Position numbers and translations under genes: made by a program. The notes under the pieces were generated by a model. It saw nothing but the letters and a program-made list of their open reading frames with translations, was not told the DNA's origin and made no database searches. This document shows positions 55,824 through 64,000 of a stretch of DNA of 64,000 bases, piece after piece. The first letter of the stretch is position 1. Each line of letters opens with the position of its first letter. This stretch comes from Candidatus Caccalectryoclostridium excrementigallinarum (GTDB lineage: Bacteria > Bacillota > Clostridia > Christensenellales > UBA3700). The DNA lies in NCBI GenBank assembly GCA_018714485.1, contig DVNJ01000032.1, forward strand, positions 4,135-68,134, written 5' to 3'.

Positions 55824-57110
55824 TTATTCCTCCTCGGAGCGGCTCTTGGCTCCCTCTTGTGTTGAGCTCACGGTGACTTCCGCCTGCGTGACCTTGTAAT
55901 ATTCCACGGAAAGCACTTTGAGCGTTAAGTTTTCGAATTTTACCTCTTCCCCCACGGCGGGGACCTTTCCCGCCAGCTGCGCGATCAGCCCGCCCAGCGT
56001 CACCGTCTCGAACTCGGACGGGTCTTTCTTGATGCCGAAATACTCGAAAAAGTCGGCGAGCGTGACCTCGCCCTGGACGAAATACCTGCCCTCGTCCACC
56101 TTGGCGAAGTTCTCCACCACCTCGTCGTGTTCGTCCCAGATCTCGCCCACCAGCTCTTCGATGATGTCCTCCATGGTCACCACGCCCATCGTGCCGCCGA
56201 ATTCGTCCACGACCACGGCAAGATGCGACTTTTCCTTTTGCAGGCGGCGCAGGAGCACGGAGATCTTCATGCGCGGCGTGGCGCAGACCACGGGCGTTAT
56301 TATCGGATCGAAAGAACCCGCTCCGTCGAGATAGAGATTGAGAAAGTCCTTTTCGTTGATCACGCCCACCACGTTGTCTATGCTGTCGACATAGACGGGC
56401 AGGCGGGTATATCCCGTTTCGCGGTAGACGGAGAGCACTTTTTCCATGGGCGTGCCCTTCTCGATCGCCTCCACCTCCACGCGAGGCGTGAGGATATCCA
56501 CGACCGTGCGGTCGTCAAACTCGATGGCGGAGCGGATGAGCCTGCCCTCGTATTCGTCCAAGCCGCCCTCCGTCTGCGCCTCGTCCACGATGGTCATCAG
56601 CTCGTCGTCCGTGATCGCCGTCTCCTTTTTCTCCTTGAAGAGCTTGTCGAGCAGCGCTTTGAGCAGCTTCATCAAAAAGTTGAGCGGATAAAACGCATAA
56701 TAGAAAAAGCGCAAAAGGGGCGCGAAGATGCTCACGAACTTCTCGGGCGCCTTCCCCGCCAATATCTTGGGCGAGACCTCGCCGAAAATGAGCAGGATCA
56801 CGAGCATGACCGCCGCGCTTACCGCGCCCGTCGCGCCCCAATTCAGCTTCGCCGCTTCCAGCCAGAAAAAGACGGAGACCGTCGCCGCGATCACGTTCGC
56901 CAGCGTGTTGCCGATGAGAATGGTCGTGAACATGCTCGAGAGATGATCCTCGAACCACATCGCCGCCTTCGCCCTCTTGTTCCCCTCGCCCGCCATGCTC
57001 TTCAAGCGGATATGATTGAGCGAGGAAAGCGCGGACTCCGCGGCGGAAAAGAACGCCGAGAAGATCACGCAGATAACTATCAGCACTATGCTAAGCGCCA
57101 TTTTTGTCAA
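55824..57110 (-). CDS. hemolysin-family / CNNM (DUF21-CBS-CorC_HlyC) membrane protein
   Basis: Four N-terminal TM helices, a CBS pair, and a CorC/HlyC C-terminal domain. Confidence 0.9.
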   Translation of the reverse strand: MTKMALSIVLIVICVIFSAFFSAAESALSSLNHIRLKSMAGEGNKRAKAAMWFEDHLSSMFTTILIGNTLANVIAATVSVFFWLEAAKLNWGATGAVSAAVMLVILLIFGEVSPKILAGKAPEKFVSIFAPLLRFFYYAFYPLNFLMKLLKALLDKLFKEKKETAITDDELMTIVDEAQTEGGLDEYEGRLIRSAIEFDDRTVVDILTPRVEVEAIEKGTPMEKVLSVYRETGYTRLPVYVDSIDNVVGVINEKDFLNLYLDGAGSFDPIITPVVCATPRMKISVLLRRLQKEKSHLAVVVDEFGGTMGVVTMEDIIEELVGEIWDEHDEVVENFAKVDEGRYFVQGEVTLADFFEYFGIKKDPSEFETVTLGGLIAQLAGKVPAVGEEVKFENLTLKVLSVEYYKVTQAEVTVSSTQEGAKSRSEEE

Positions 57111-57140
57111 AAACCCCTTTATTTTTAATATATTGCGAAC

Positions 57141-57170
57141 ATTATAACACGCGCGGGATAAAAGTGTAAA
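57141..57170 (-). promoter_or_regulatory. sigma-A promoter (TTTACA-18-TATAAT, extended TG)
   Basis: Minus strand reads TTTACActtttatcccgcgcgTGtTATAAT upstream of the CNNM-ileS operon. Confidence 0.5.
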
Positions 57171-57210
57171 GTGTTTTCACGCCCGCGCCCGAAAACGCGG
57201 CATTATCGCG

Positions 57211-58236
57211 CTATTTTACCTGCTCTTCGAATTTATCGAAAACGGGCTTAACGCCGTCCGCGACGTCAAAATAGCCCTCGTGCGTGAGGCAGCTCAAAAG
57301 AGCTTCGCCGTCCTTCAAAAAAGCTATGTCCGCAAAGCTCACATAAGGTGCATAAGTTTCGTAAGCGTCATAGTGATACCTGTCGAATCGCTTGAAAGAC
57401 ATAAGGTATTCTTTGAGCTTTTGCGTGGGCTTGAGATAGACCCTAAGAACGTTCATGCCGTAATTTTCCGTCTCTTCCGTCCGATATGCCCCGCCCAAAA
57501 TTTCCGCGAAGCGCGCGTCGCTCTCCCCGCCGATATGAACATTTTCTTCGGCATGAAAACAGACGGTATCGCTCTCGGAAAAGAGATATTCAAGCTGAGA
57601 AGCGGAAAGTTTTTTCGCCCGTTCGTCCTCGGCGACGGCTTTATCGTAATCGTCCAAATACCCGCTCTTCACATACTCTTCCCAAATATCTATTTGATCG
57701 TAGATGCGATCCGAAGGCATCTCGTATTCGACGACGTCCGCCTCTTCTCCCGCCATCGCCTGCGCCAAATCGAAAAAGGGCATGACCTCGGGCGAAGTCC
57801 GTTCAAGATGATACAGCGTAGATTCCTGCATCAGTGCATGGTCGTTTATGAACGCGCCGTATTCACCCATGGCTTTTTGGCACGCCTCGCCGCTCTCTGC
57901 CTGCTTGAACATTTCCTGCACCTTGGCATACACTTCGCTTTGCATTTTTTTGCTCTTCTCTTGCTCGGAAAGCGCGGGATCGCTCATGATCTTTTCCGTC
58001 ATTTCCTCTTCACATTCCCCGATATGTGCGGTATAGCTCCGCCACTTTTGCATCAGGCGTTCCTGCTCTTTTTCAAAGGCGGCGCGCCTTTGTTCATACC
58101 CTTCAGACTCCAAAAGAGCCTTGATCTCCTGCAATCTCGCCAGCCTTTCCGCACCCGCCCGGCGAAATGTCTCGGCGGTATAGGGCTTTTCTCTGTCTAT
58201 TTCGTTTACCGTTGTTATAGTTATCAACTTTTCCAT
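57211..58236 (-). CDS. hypothetical acidic protein (341 aa)
   Basis: Long ORF with a GGTGAG RBS and its own promoter. No family recognised by eye. Confidence 0.7.
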   Translation of the reverse strand: MEKLITITTVNEIDREKPYTAETFRRAGAERLARLQEIKALLESEGYEQRRAAFEKEQERLMQKWRSYTAHIGECEEEMTEKIMSDPALSEQEKSKKMQSEVYAKVQEMFKQAESGEACQKAMGEYGAFINDHALMQESTLYHLERTSPEVMPFFDLAQAMAGEEADVVEYEMPSDRIYDQIDIWEEYVKSGYLDDYDKAVAEDERAKKLSASQLEYLFSESDTVCFHAEENVHIGGESDARFAEILGGAYRTEETENYGMNVLRVYLKPTQKLKEYLMSFKRFDRYHYDAYETYAPYVSFADIAFLKDGEALLSCLTHEGYFDVADGVKPVFDKFEEQVK

Positions 58237-58331
58237 GATCTCACCAACTCACATATACGCATGATTTATGCTTTCAATAAAATGCATTTCATTGCGGTCG
58301 CCTTCGGGCACCTGTTCTTTTTTATGTCTTG

Positions 58332-58360
58332 ATTTTACCATATCCTCCGTGATCTTGCAA
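58332..58360 (-). promoter_or_regulatory. sigma-A promoter (TTGCAA-17-TAAAAT, extended TG)
   Basis: Minus strand reads TTGCAAgatcacggaggataTGgTAAAAT. The palindrome TGCAAC-N7-GTTGCA (58393-58411) lies upstream. Confidence 0.5.
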
Positions 58361-58469
58361 GGCGTATCTCCATCTTTTCTCATTCCGAGAAATGCAACTT
58401 GAAATGTTGCACATTGAGAAAAGATGCCCGCTTTGCCGCCCCTCCTCCGTGGCAGCAACGCCTTACCTT

Positions 58470-60110
58470 GCGATATTTTCCCCTCTTCTTCCCTTCACAC
58501 TCTCTTCTCTTACCTTCTCTCCTCTCTCCTATCTCACTTCCACCCTCACACAACATATAGCTTATCCTTTAATTGCGCTTTAGCCACTTTTCGGCTATAA
58601 CACAAAAAGACATTTACATTCTTACTTAACTAAAATTCTTACACTTATCCCTTACCTTTTAACTGCCTCTTCATTCGATCCCCTCTTGCCCGCTCTCTCT
58701 TCCACTCTTCTTCCATTCTCTTTCTCTCTTCAACCCCTCTTCTCTTACCTTCTCTCCCCACCCTTACCCCCTCTTTTCTTTCTTTTTCTCAATAACGTCC
58801 GCTATAAATTCTGTTTTAGCCATTTTTCGGCTACAACATGTTAAGAAGCCTTGCGCTTTAATACGATAAATATAACGATATGCCAAGGATCATAAAACGG
58901 TTACGAGCAACATGCTTAACCCCTCAGCACAGCAACCTACTTGCAATTTTTTCTCTTTCGTCTTTCTCAATAACGTCCGCTATATAATTCCGTTTTAGCC
59001 ACTTTTCGGCTATAACATGTTAAGAAGCCTTGCGTTTTAATACGATAACTATAACAATACGGCAAAGATCTCAACCGACTGCAAACCATATCCGTTATCT
59101 CACACCCTGCAAACACACTATCCTTTTCCATTTACTTACCTAAATCTCTCTTCCACTCACTCTCTCTTTTCTGCTCCATTTCTTCCTTCTCTTATTGCTC
59201 ATTATATAATTGCGTTTTAGCCATTTTTCGGCTAACACATATTAAGAGCACTTGCGCTTTTTCATTTATCTGATACAGCCGTGCGACTATAAAAACCACC
59301 GCACTTCAATGCCGACACAGCCCGCCCTGCCGTAATAAAGCCGCACATCTCTCCCTCCTCTCTACTATCTCACTCTCAATCTTACACTACATACCGCTTA
59401 TCTTTTAATTACGTTTTAGCCATTTTTCGGCTATAACACAATGAGAAGCCTTTAGCTTTAATGCGACACATATAACGACATGATAAAGATCTCAACCGGC
59501 TGCAAACTAAGTTGACAACCTCGCGGCTTCGCGGCTAACCAACGCCAACCTCTCCCCTTACCTACTTCAACTCCCCCTTACCTTCCCCTTCTCTTCCTCT
59601 CCTCTTACCTTCCCCTTCACTTTACCCCCATGCCCCCTCTTCCACCCTACTCTCTCATTCCTTCACTTATTGCTCATTATATAATTACGTTTTAGCCATT
59701 TTTCGGCTATAACAAAAAGAAGACTTGCGTTTCAACACGATAACTATTAAAATGAGAGCAAAAGCGTTGTGGATAATATTCCGCCGCTCATATATCGCTC
59801 ACACGTTGTAATACTCATTAACATACACCGCCCCGCACTACACGCCGCCTTTCTATCTCGCTCTCCCCTTCACACTCTCTCCTCTCCTTCCATCTCTTAA
59901 TGCTCATAATATAATACTGTTTTAGCCACTTTTCGGCTATTGACCAAAATAGACTCACATGTTTCATCCTATCTCTCCGTTTCATTATCTTCTCTACCCC
60001 CTCAACCCTTTCCCTCTTTTGCCTTCCCTTCACTTTTCCCCGCCCCTCTCCCTCCCTCTCTACTGCTCATAATATAATACTGTTTTAGCCATATTTCGGC
60101 TATCAATTAT
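58470..60110. repeat. repeat family B, array 2 (8 units)
   Basis: Palindrome cores (TAGCC) at 58581, 58817, 58996, 59218, 59417, 59693, 59923 and 60086. Each is preceded by a G-depleted C/T tract (2 G in 59545-59688) and an AT box. No ORF of 60 aa or more is credible. Confidence 0.9.
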
Positions 60111-60159
60111 AATAAACATTGATATTAAGACTTGTTACCGTGACTGCGTAACAGTTGAG

Positions 60160-60197
60160 CGAAATAAAAATAACGGACACGAAAGCTACCCGTTATT
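60160..60197 (-). terminator. intrinsic terminator downstream of the small-protein genes
   Basis: Minus strand reads AATAACGG-N13-CCGTTATT followed by TTTTATTT. Confidence 0.45.
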
Positions 60198-60333
60198 GCG
60201 CATGGACTTATTATCCGGTCGGGATCCCCGACGCCGCCTTATCATTATTATGCGAGAGATCGCACCAAGTCAGCCGCCGTTACTGCGCGAGTTTTTCGCA
60301 AGCAAAGCGGCGGCAGACAATTTGACGCGGGCG

Positions 60334-60534
60334 CTATTCGGGGAAAAAGCGTTCGGGAAAGGTCAGATCTTCCGCCTCGGCGGGCGGCTTTACCTTTGCA
60401 CTTTCGCGTTTTTCGCCCCGATCGCCGCGCATAGCCTGCAAGAGCGCGGGCAGCGCGGACATATCTCCGCCTGCGGCGCGCATGATCTTCTCCGCGTCGC
60501 CGCCCATCATTTTCAACAAATCTTCCGTCCTCAT
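60334..60534 (-). CDS. hypothetical small protein (66 aa)
   Basis: ORF only, with a weak RBS. Co-oriented with the neighbouring small gene. Confidence 0.35.
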   Translation of the reverse strand: MRTEDLLKMMGGDAEKIMRAAGGDMSALPALLQAMRGDRGEKRESAKVKPPAEAEDLTFPERFFPE

Positions 60535-60597
60535 TTTCTTTTCAAGTCAAAGCCCGCATTGCGCCGCAAACCGCGTTCGGCGTGCGGCAACGCTCTT

Positions 60598-60999
60598 TCA
60601 CTCCCCTCTCTTCAAGCCCGAGATCAGCTCTTTAAGCCGCGCGCGCTGGACATCGTTCAAAAGCGGCGCCGCAGAAGAGTAAAAATCGTCGAGCGCCTTG
60701 TCGTCCAACTCTCCCGCCGCACGAGAACGCGCCGCCTGCACCATCATCTCCTGCATCAACTTCTCCTGCGGCATGCCCGCATAGCGCGCCATCGCGCTCT
60801 CAAAACTCTCGCCGCCCGAACTACCCGACATATTTGAGCCGTTTGAGCCCTTCCCGTTCGCGCCGACACCGCCCGCGCCGCCTTTATCGAAGTTTGCGTT
60901 CGCGCCGCTTTCATGGGTGCCGCTCCCGCCCGCATTGCCGCGCCAAATATCCGTGCTCTCAAAGCTTCCCGAGCGCTCGGAAAATTTCGGTTTTTTCAT
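60598..60999 (-). CDS. hypothetical protein with G/S/N-rich N-terminal half
   Basis: GGGAGGGAAG RBS directly upstream of the ATG. Helical C-terminal half. Confidence 0.6.
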   Translation of the reverse strand: MKKPKFSERSGSFESTDIWRGNAGGSGTHESGANANFDKGGAGGVGANGKGSNGSNMSGSSGGESFESAMARYAGMPQEKLMQEMMVQAARSRAAGELDDKALDDFYSSAAPLLNDVQRARLKELISGLKRGE

Positions 61000-61077
61000 C
61001 TTCCCTCCCGCCGCTTATATGCGGCTTTTTCTTGCACTTTCGGCATATAAATAAGTTTTTACGCCTTTTTTGAACTT

Positions 61078-62205
61078 TTACACGGCATGCTCCGCTATCC
61101 TCATGATAGCTCTTGCCGTGCGCTCCGCCTGTTCGAGCGTATTGTCCGCGCCGGGCGAGATACGCACGAGCCCCTCGTCGAGAGTGCCGAGCGCCGCATG
61201 CATGAGCGGAGCGCAATGCAATCCGCCGCGCACGGCGATCCCGCTCTCGCTCAGCGCGTCGGCGACGTCGCTCGAAGATATTCCCTCGAGGGCGAAGGCG
61301 AAGAGGTGGCTCCCCTCGGGGGAATAAATTTTCAGCCGCGCGCACTTTTCAAGCCTGCCGCGCAGCAGGGCGCAAAAGCCGCCTATCGCCGCATTTATCT
61401 CCAAAAAGCGCTCGTGCGTCCATTGCGCTCCCGCGTTTAGCCCGTCGATGGCGGGAGTGTTGAGCGTCCCCGCCTCCAAAGCCTCGGGCAAAAGAGCGGG
61501 CATTTCGAGCGAGAGCGAATTGGTGCCCGTGCCGCCGAATTTGAGCGGTTTCAATTCAAGACCCGCCCTAACTATCAAAAAACCGCTCCCTTGCGGCGCA
61601 TGCAAGCCCTTATGCCCCGCACAGCAGATAAAGGCGGCTTTGCTCTTTTGCATATTTATCTCGTAATGTCCCGCCGATTGAGCGCAGTCGACGAGCAGCG
61701 GCACTCCCCGCCTTTCGCACTCCCTGCCCACAGCCTCGACATTCACCACTCTTCCCGTGACGTTCGAGGCATGAGTGACGACGACAAGGCGCGTATCTTC
61801 GCTTATCGCCGCGGCAATGTCCGCCGCCGCGAGTTCGCCGCTCTTGCGCGGAAAGACCACCTTGACTTCAAGCCCTCTCTTTTTGAGCGCGTTCAAGGGG
61901 CGCAGGACGGAATTATGATCGAAAGCGGTACAGACGACGCTGCCGCTCTTGTCTTGCAGCCACCCTAATATTGCATAATTGAGCGCTTCGGTGCAGTTGC
62001 AAGTGAAGATGAGCTGCGCGTCCTCGGGCGCGGAAAACAGCTTTTTCAGGTTTTCTCTCGCCTCTTCCACCTTTTTGGCGGCATAGAGCGAGGCGAAATG
62101 ACCGCTCCGACCGGGATTGGCGGCAAAGCGCAGCTGCCGCGCCATCGCCGCAAAGACGCATTCGGGCTTGAATCTGCCCGTCGCCGCATTGTCCAAATAG
62201 ATCAT
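61078..62205 (-). CDS. cysteine desulfurase family protein (aminotransferase class V)
   Basis: PLP-lysine region CAGHKGLHAPQG and active-site GGLHCAPL. Confidence 0.9.
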   Translation of the reverse strand: MIYLDNAATGRFKPECVFAAMARQLRFAANPGRSGHFASLYAAKKVEEARENLKKLFSAPEDAQLIFTCNCTEALNYAILGWLQDKSGSVVCTAFDHNSVLRPLNALKKRGLEVKVVFPRKSGELAAADIAAAISEDTRLVVVTHASNVTGRVVNVEAVGRECERRGVPLLVDCAQSAGHYEINMQKSKAAFICCAGHKGLHAPQGSGFLIVRAGLELKPLKFGGTGTNSLSLEMPALLPEALEAGTLNTPAIDGLNAGAQWTHERFLEINAAIGGFCALLRGRLEKCARLKIYSPEGSHLFAFALEGISSSDVADALSESGIAVRGGLHCAPLMHAALGTLDEGLVRISPGADNTLEQAERTARAIMRIAEHAV

Positions 62206-62357
62206 ATCCGTCCCCTTTTGTAACGGCTTTGCGCCGCCGACGCTATAATGATATGAGAGGAAGAGGCTTTATATGCCGCGGCAAGGCAAGGAGAAATTCG
62301 CCCGTCGCGGCAAAACAATACAGGCGCCGCACATACATAAGCCAAAGGAGCATAGAC

Positions 62358-62627
62358 ATGCAATATTTAGTGATAGCTTTTTCCTCGCGCTCGCTCGCCA
62401 TGCAGGCGCAAAACATATTCGCCCGGCGCGGCATTCCCGCGACGCTCATCAACACGCCGCGCGAAGTCGACGGCTCGTGCGGTCTTTCCTTGCGCACGGA
62501 CTCCCGCTACCGCGACGCCGCCCTGCGCGCCGTCGAGACCACCTTACTCAAAACGAGCGTCAAGGCGATCGCGCTGATCGACTATCCGCGTTCGGGCGAA
62601 AAAAGCGTGCGCTTTCTCGCAAGATAG
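62358..62627 (+). CDS. DUF3343 domain protein (putative S/Se carrier-like)
   Basis: 89 aa, MQYLVIAFSSRSLAMQAQ..., AAAGGAG RBS. Divergent from the desulfurase gene. Confidence 0.7.
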   Translation: MQYLVIAFSSRSLAMQAQNIFARRGIPATLINTPREVDGSCGLSLRTDSRYRDAALRAVETTLLKTSVKAIALIDYPRSGEKSVRFLAR

Positions 62628-62823
62628 CGCCTTTTTGTGCACAAAAAAGACAATTATTAATACACGCCCCGCCGCGCGCCGTCGAAACCACCTTACTCAA
62701 AACGAGCGTCAAGGCGATCGCGCTGATCGACTATCCGCGATCGGGCGAAAAGAGCGTGCGCTTTCTCGCAAGATAGCGCCGCTTAGTGCAAGAAAAAGAC
62801 AATAAGTAGGCACGCTCCGCCGC
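62526..62823. repeat. tandem duplication (2 x about 149 bp) of the DUF3343 gene 3' end plus downstream spacer
   Basis: GCGCGCCGTCGA(G/A)ACCACCTTACTCAAAACGAGCGTCAAGGCGATCGCGCTGATCGACTATCCGCG... recurs at 62526 and 62675 with a few substitutions. The flanking spacer is also homologous. Confidence 0.85.
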
Positions 62824-62829
62824 GACGGC

Positions 62830-62866
62830 AAAAAAAGCACGACCGCGTTGAGCTTTCGTGCTTTTT
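62830..62866. terminator. bidirectional intrinsic terminator
   Basis: AAAAAA-AGCACGA-N13-TCGTGCT-TTTT between convergent genes. Confidence 0.55.
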
Positions 62867-62904
62867 AATGCCGAACCGGCATGCCTCATCAAATGGCGAA
62901 GATC

Positions 62905-64000
62905 TTACTTCTTGCCGATATTGCCGATTATTTTGCCCAGCCCCTTGAAGAAGCTGCCGTTGAGCATGAGCAAGAGCCCGTCCGCCATCTTCTCGTTGAA
63001 CATGCCCTGAGAGGAGAAGGAGAGGCTGCGCAGAGGGGAAGTTATTATCACCTCGTGCATCATCTTGCAGTTGGGATCGTCCGCGGGCGCATGCATGGAG
63101 AGGGCGATCGCGCGGCGGGCGAAGCGAATGATAAAGCGCGCCAGACCCGATTGCGGCGCCATGTCGTTAAAGCTGTCGTTTACAGTGAAAGCGCCCTTTT
63201 GCGGGAGCGGCTTTTCGGGAGTGAGCGGACGCCTAAGAAGATCGGAGAACTCCTCGTTCGTGACGGGCGCAGGCGAGGGAGAGAGATACCAGCCCGAGCA
63301 GGGCGCGAACTTATGCGCGGGCGCGCTCATCTCGATCTCATCGCTCAGGCGCACGTCCTCGCACGACGCCGCAACGCAAATGCGATAAGCACCCGAACAA
63401 GCCGCCCAATCTCCCTCAACGCTGCTCCAATGCATGAAGGCGCGCGGGGGCAGGGTCACGGTGACGCGCTTTTCCTCGCCCGCTTCCAAAAAGACTTTCT
63501 TGCTCCCTTTAAGCTCGAGCGCGGGGCAGGCAGTCTCGCCCGTGAGGTCGCCGACATACACTTGCGCCACTTCGGCGCCCGCCCTATGTCCCGTATTTTT
63601 CAAGGTAAAGCTCACCTCGACGCCCTCGCCCTCTTTGAGCTTTTTCTTTGAAAGTAAGAGGTCGGAATATTGAAAAGTCGTGTAAGAAAGCCCGTGACCG
63701 AAAGGATAGCGCACCTTGACGCCCGCGCTCAGATAGTAACGGTAGCCCACGAAAAGGCTCTCGCGGTATTCGCTCAGATAGCGCTTTCCGGGGAAATAGT
63801 GCGCCGAGGGACAATCTTCGTATTTGAAGGGGAAGCTTTCGGCGAGCTTGCCCGAGGGGTTCACCTTGCCCGTGAGCACGTCCACGCTCGCGCCGCCGCT
63901 GTTTTGCCCGGCAAGCCCGATAAAGAGCACGGCGTTCACCGCGTCCGCCCAGGGCAGTTCCATCGCGCCGCCGCCCGCGAGCACGACGACGACGTTCTTG
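62905..64000 (-). CDS. glycoside hydrolase family 3 (beta-glucosidase-like), C-terminal part; runs off the window
   Basis: FGHGLSYTTF motif and a fibronectin-III-like C-terminal domain. The reading frame is open to position 64000. Confidence 0.85.
   Translation of the reverse strand, partial: KNVVVVLAGGGAMELPWADAVNAVLFIGLAGQNSGGASVDVLTGKVNPSGKLAESFPFKYEDCPSAHYFPGKRYLSEYRESLFVGYRYYLSAGVKVRYPFGHGLSYTTFQYSDLLLSKKKLKEGEGVEVSFTLKNTGHRAGAEVAQVYVGDLTGETACPALELKGSKKVFLEAGEEKRVTVTLPPRAFMHWSSVEGDWAACSGAYRICVAASCEDVRLSDEIEMSAPAHKFAPCSGWYLSPSPAPVTNEEFSDLLRRPLTPEKPLPQKGAFTVNDSFNDMAPQSGLARFIIRFARRAIALSMHAPADDPNCKMMHEVIITSPLRSLSFSSQGMFNEKMADGLLLMLNGSFFKGLGKIIGNIGKK

Noticed and set aside
58249-58458. 69-aa ORF upstream of the acidic hypothetical gene
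   Set aside because: The promoter of the downstream gene (58332-58360) lies inside it. No usable RBS exists for any of its Met codons, and it extends into the repeat-adjacent spacer.
58470-60110. CRISPR array, suggested by the recurring GTTTTAGCC... sequence
   Set aside because: Core spacing is irregular (163-276 bp). The inter-core segments share composition and homology instead of being unique spacers. The conserved part is a short palindrome embedded in a longer unit. No cas genes or leader are present.

Overview
GC-rich chromosomal window, most likely from a spore-forming Clostridia-type Firmicute (spoIIE and cwlD are present). It is mostly housekeeping. Coding content: a polar amino-acid ABC operon, MATE efflux, a P-type ATPase, secG-smpB, methionine genes (metY-metA; metF, a split metH), a six-gene polyamine operon, queH, ileS type 2, a two-component system, a cysteine desulfurase, and a partial GH3. 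RNA and cis elements I can support: tRNA-Arg(ACG), an unusual tRNA-Pro(AGG), a preQ1-I riboswitch before queT, a cobalamin riboswitch before a DUF4430/membrane-protein pair, and many near-consensus sigma-A promoters and intrinsic terminators. No rRNA, CRISPR, cas, transposase or integrase genes were seen. The features worth a second look are non-coding. (1) Two arrays (2 + 8 copies, 49.6-50.0 kb and 58.5-60.1 kb) of a composite repeat made of a nearly G-free polypyrimidine tract plus a conserved 9-7-9 palindrome GTTTTAGCC-N7-GGCTAYAAC. They sit in a ~2 kb mosaic of other repeat families just downstream of the two-component system, and they bracket the ileS block. (2) A ~315-nt structured leader (cUUCGg and cGCAAg tetraloops, a three-way junction, an internal intrinsic terminator) ahead of the polyamine operon, which I could not assign to any riboswitch class. 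(3) A stand-alone 22-codon amphipathic peptide gene with its own consensus promoter and terminator. Lesser oddities: an ABC ATPase with large coiled-coil insertions, a DnaA-box cluster, and tandem duplications of two gene 3' ends.
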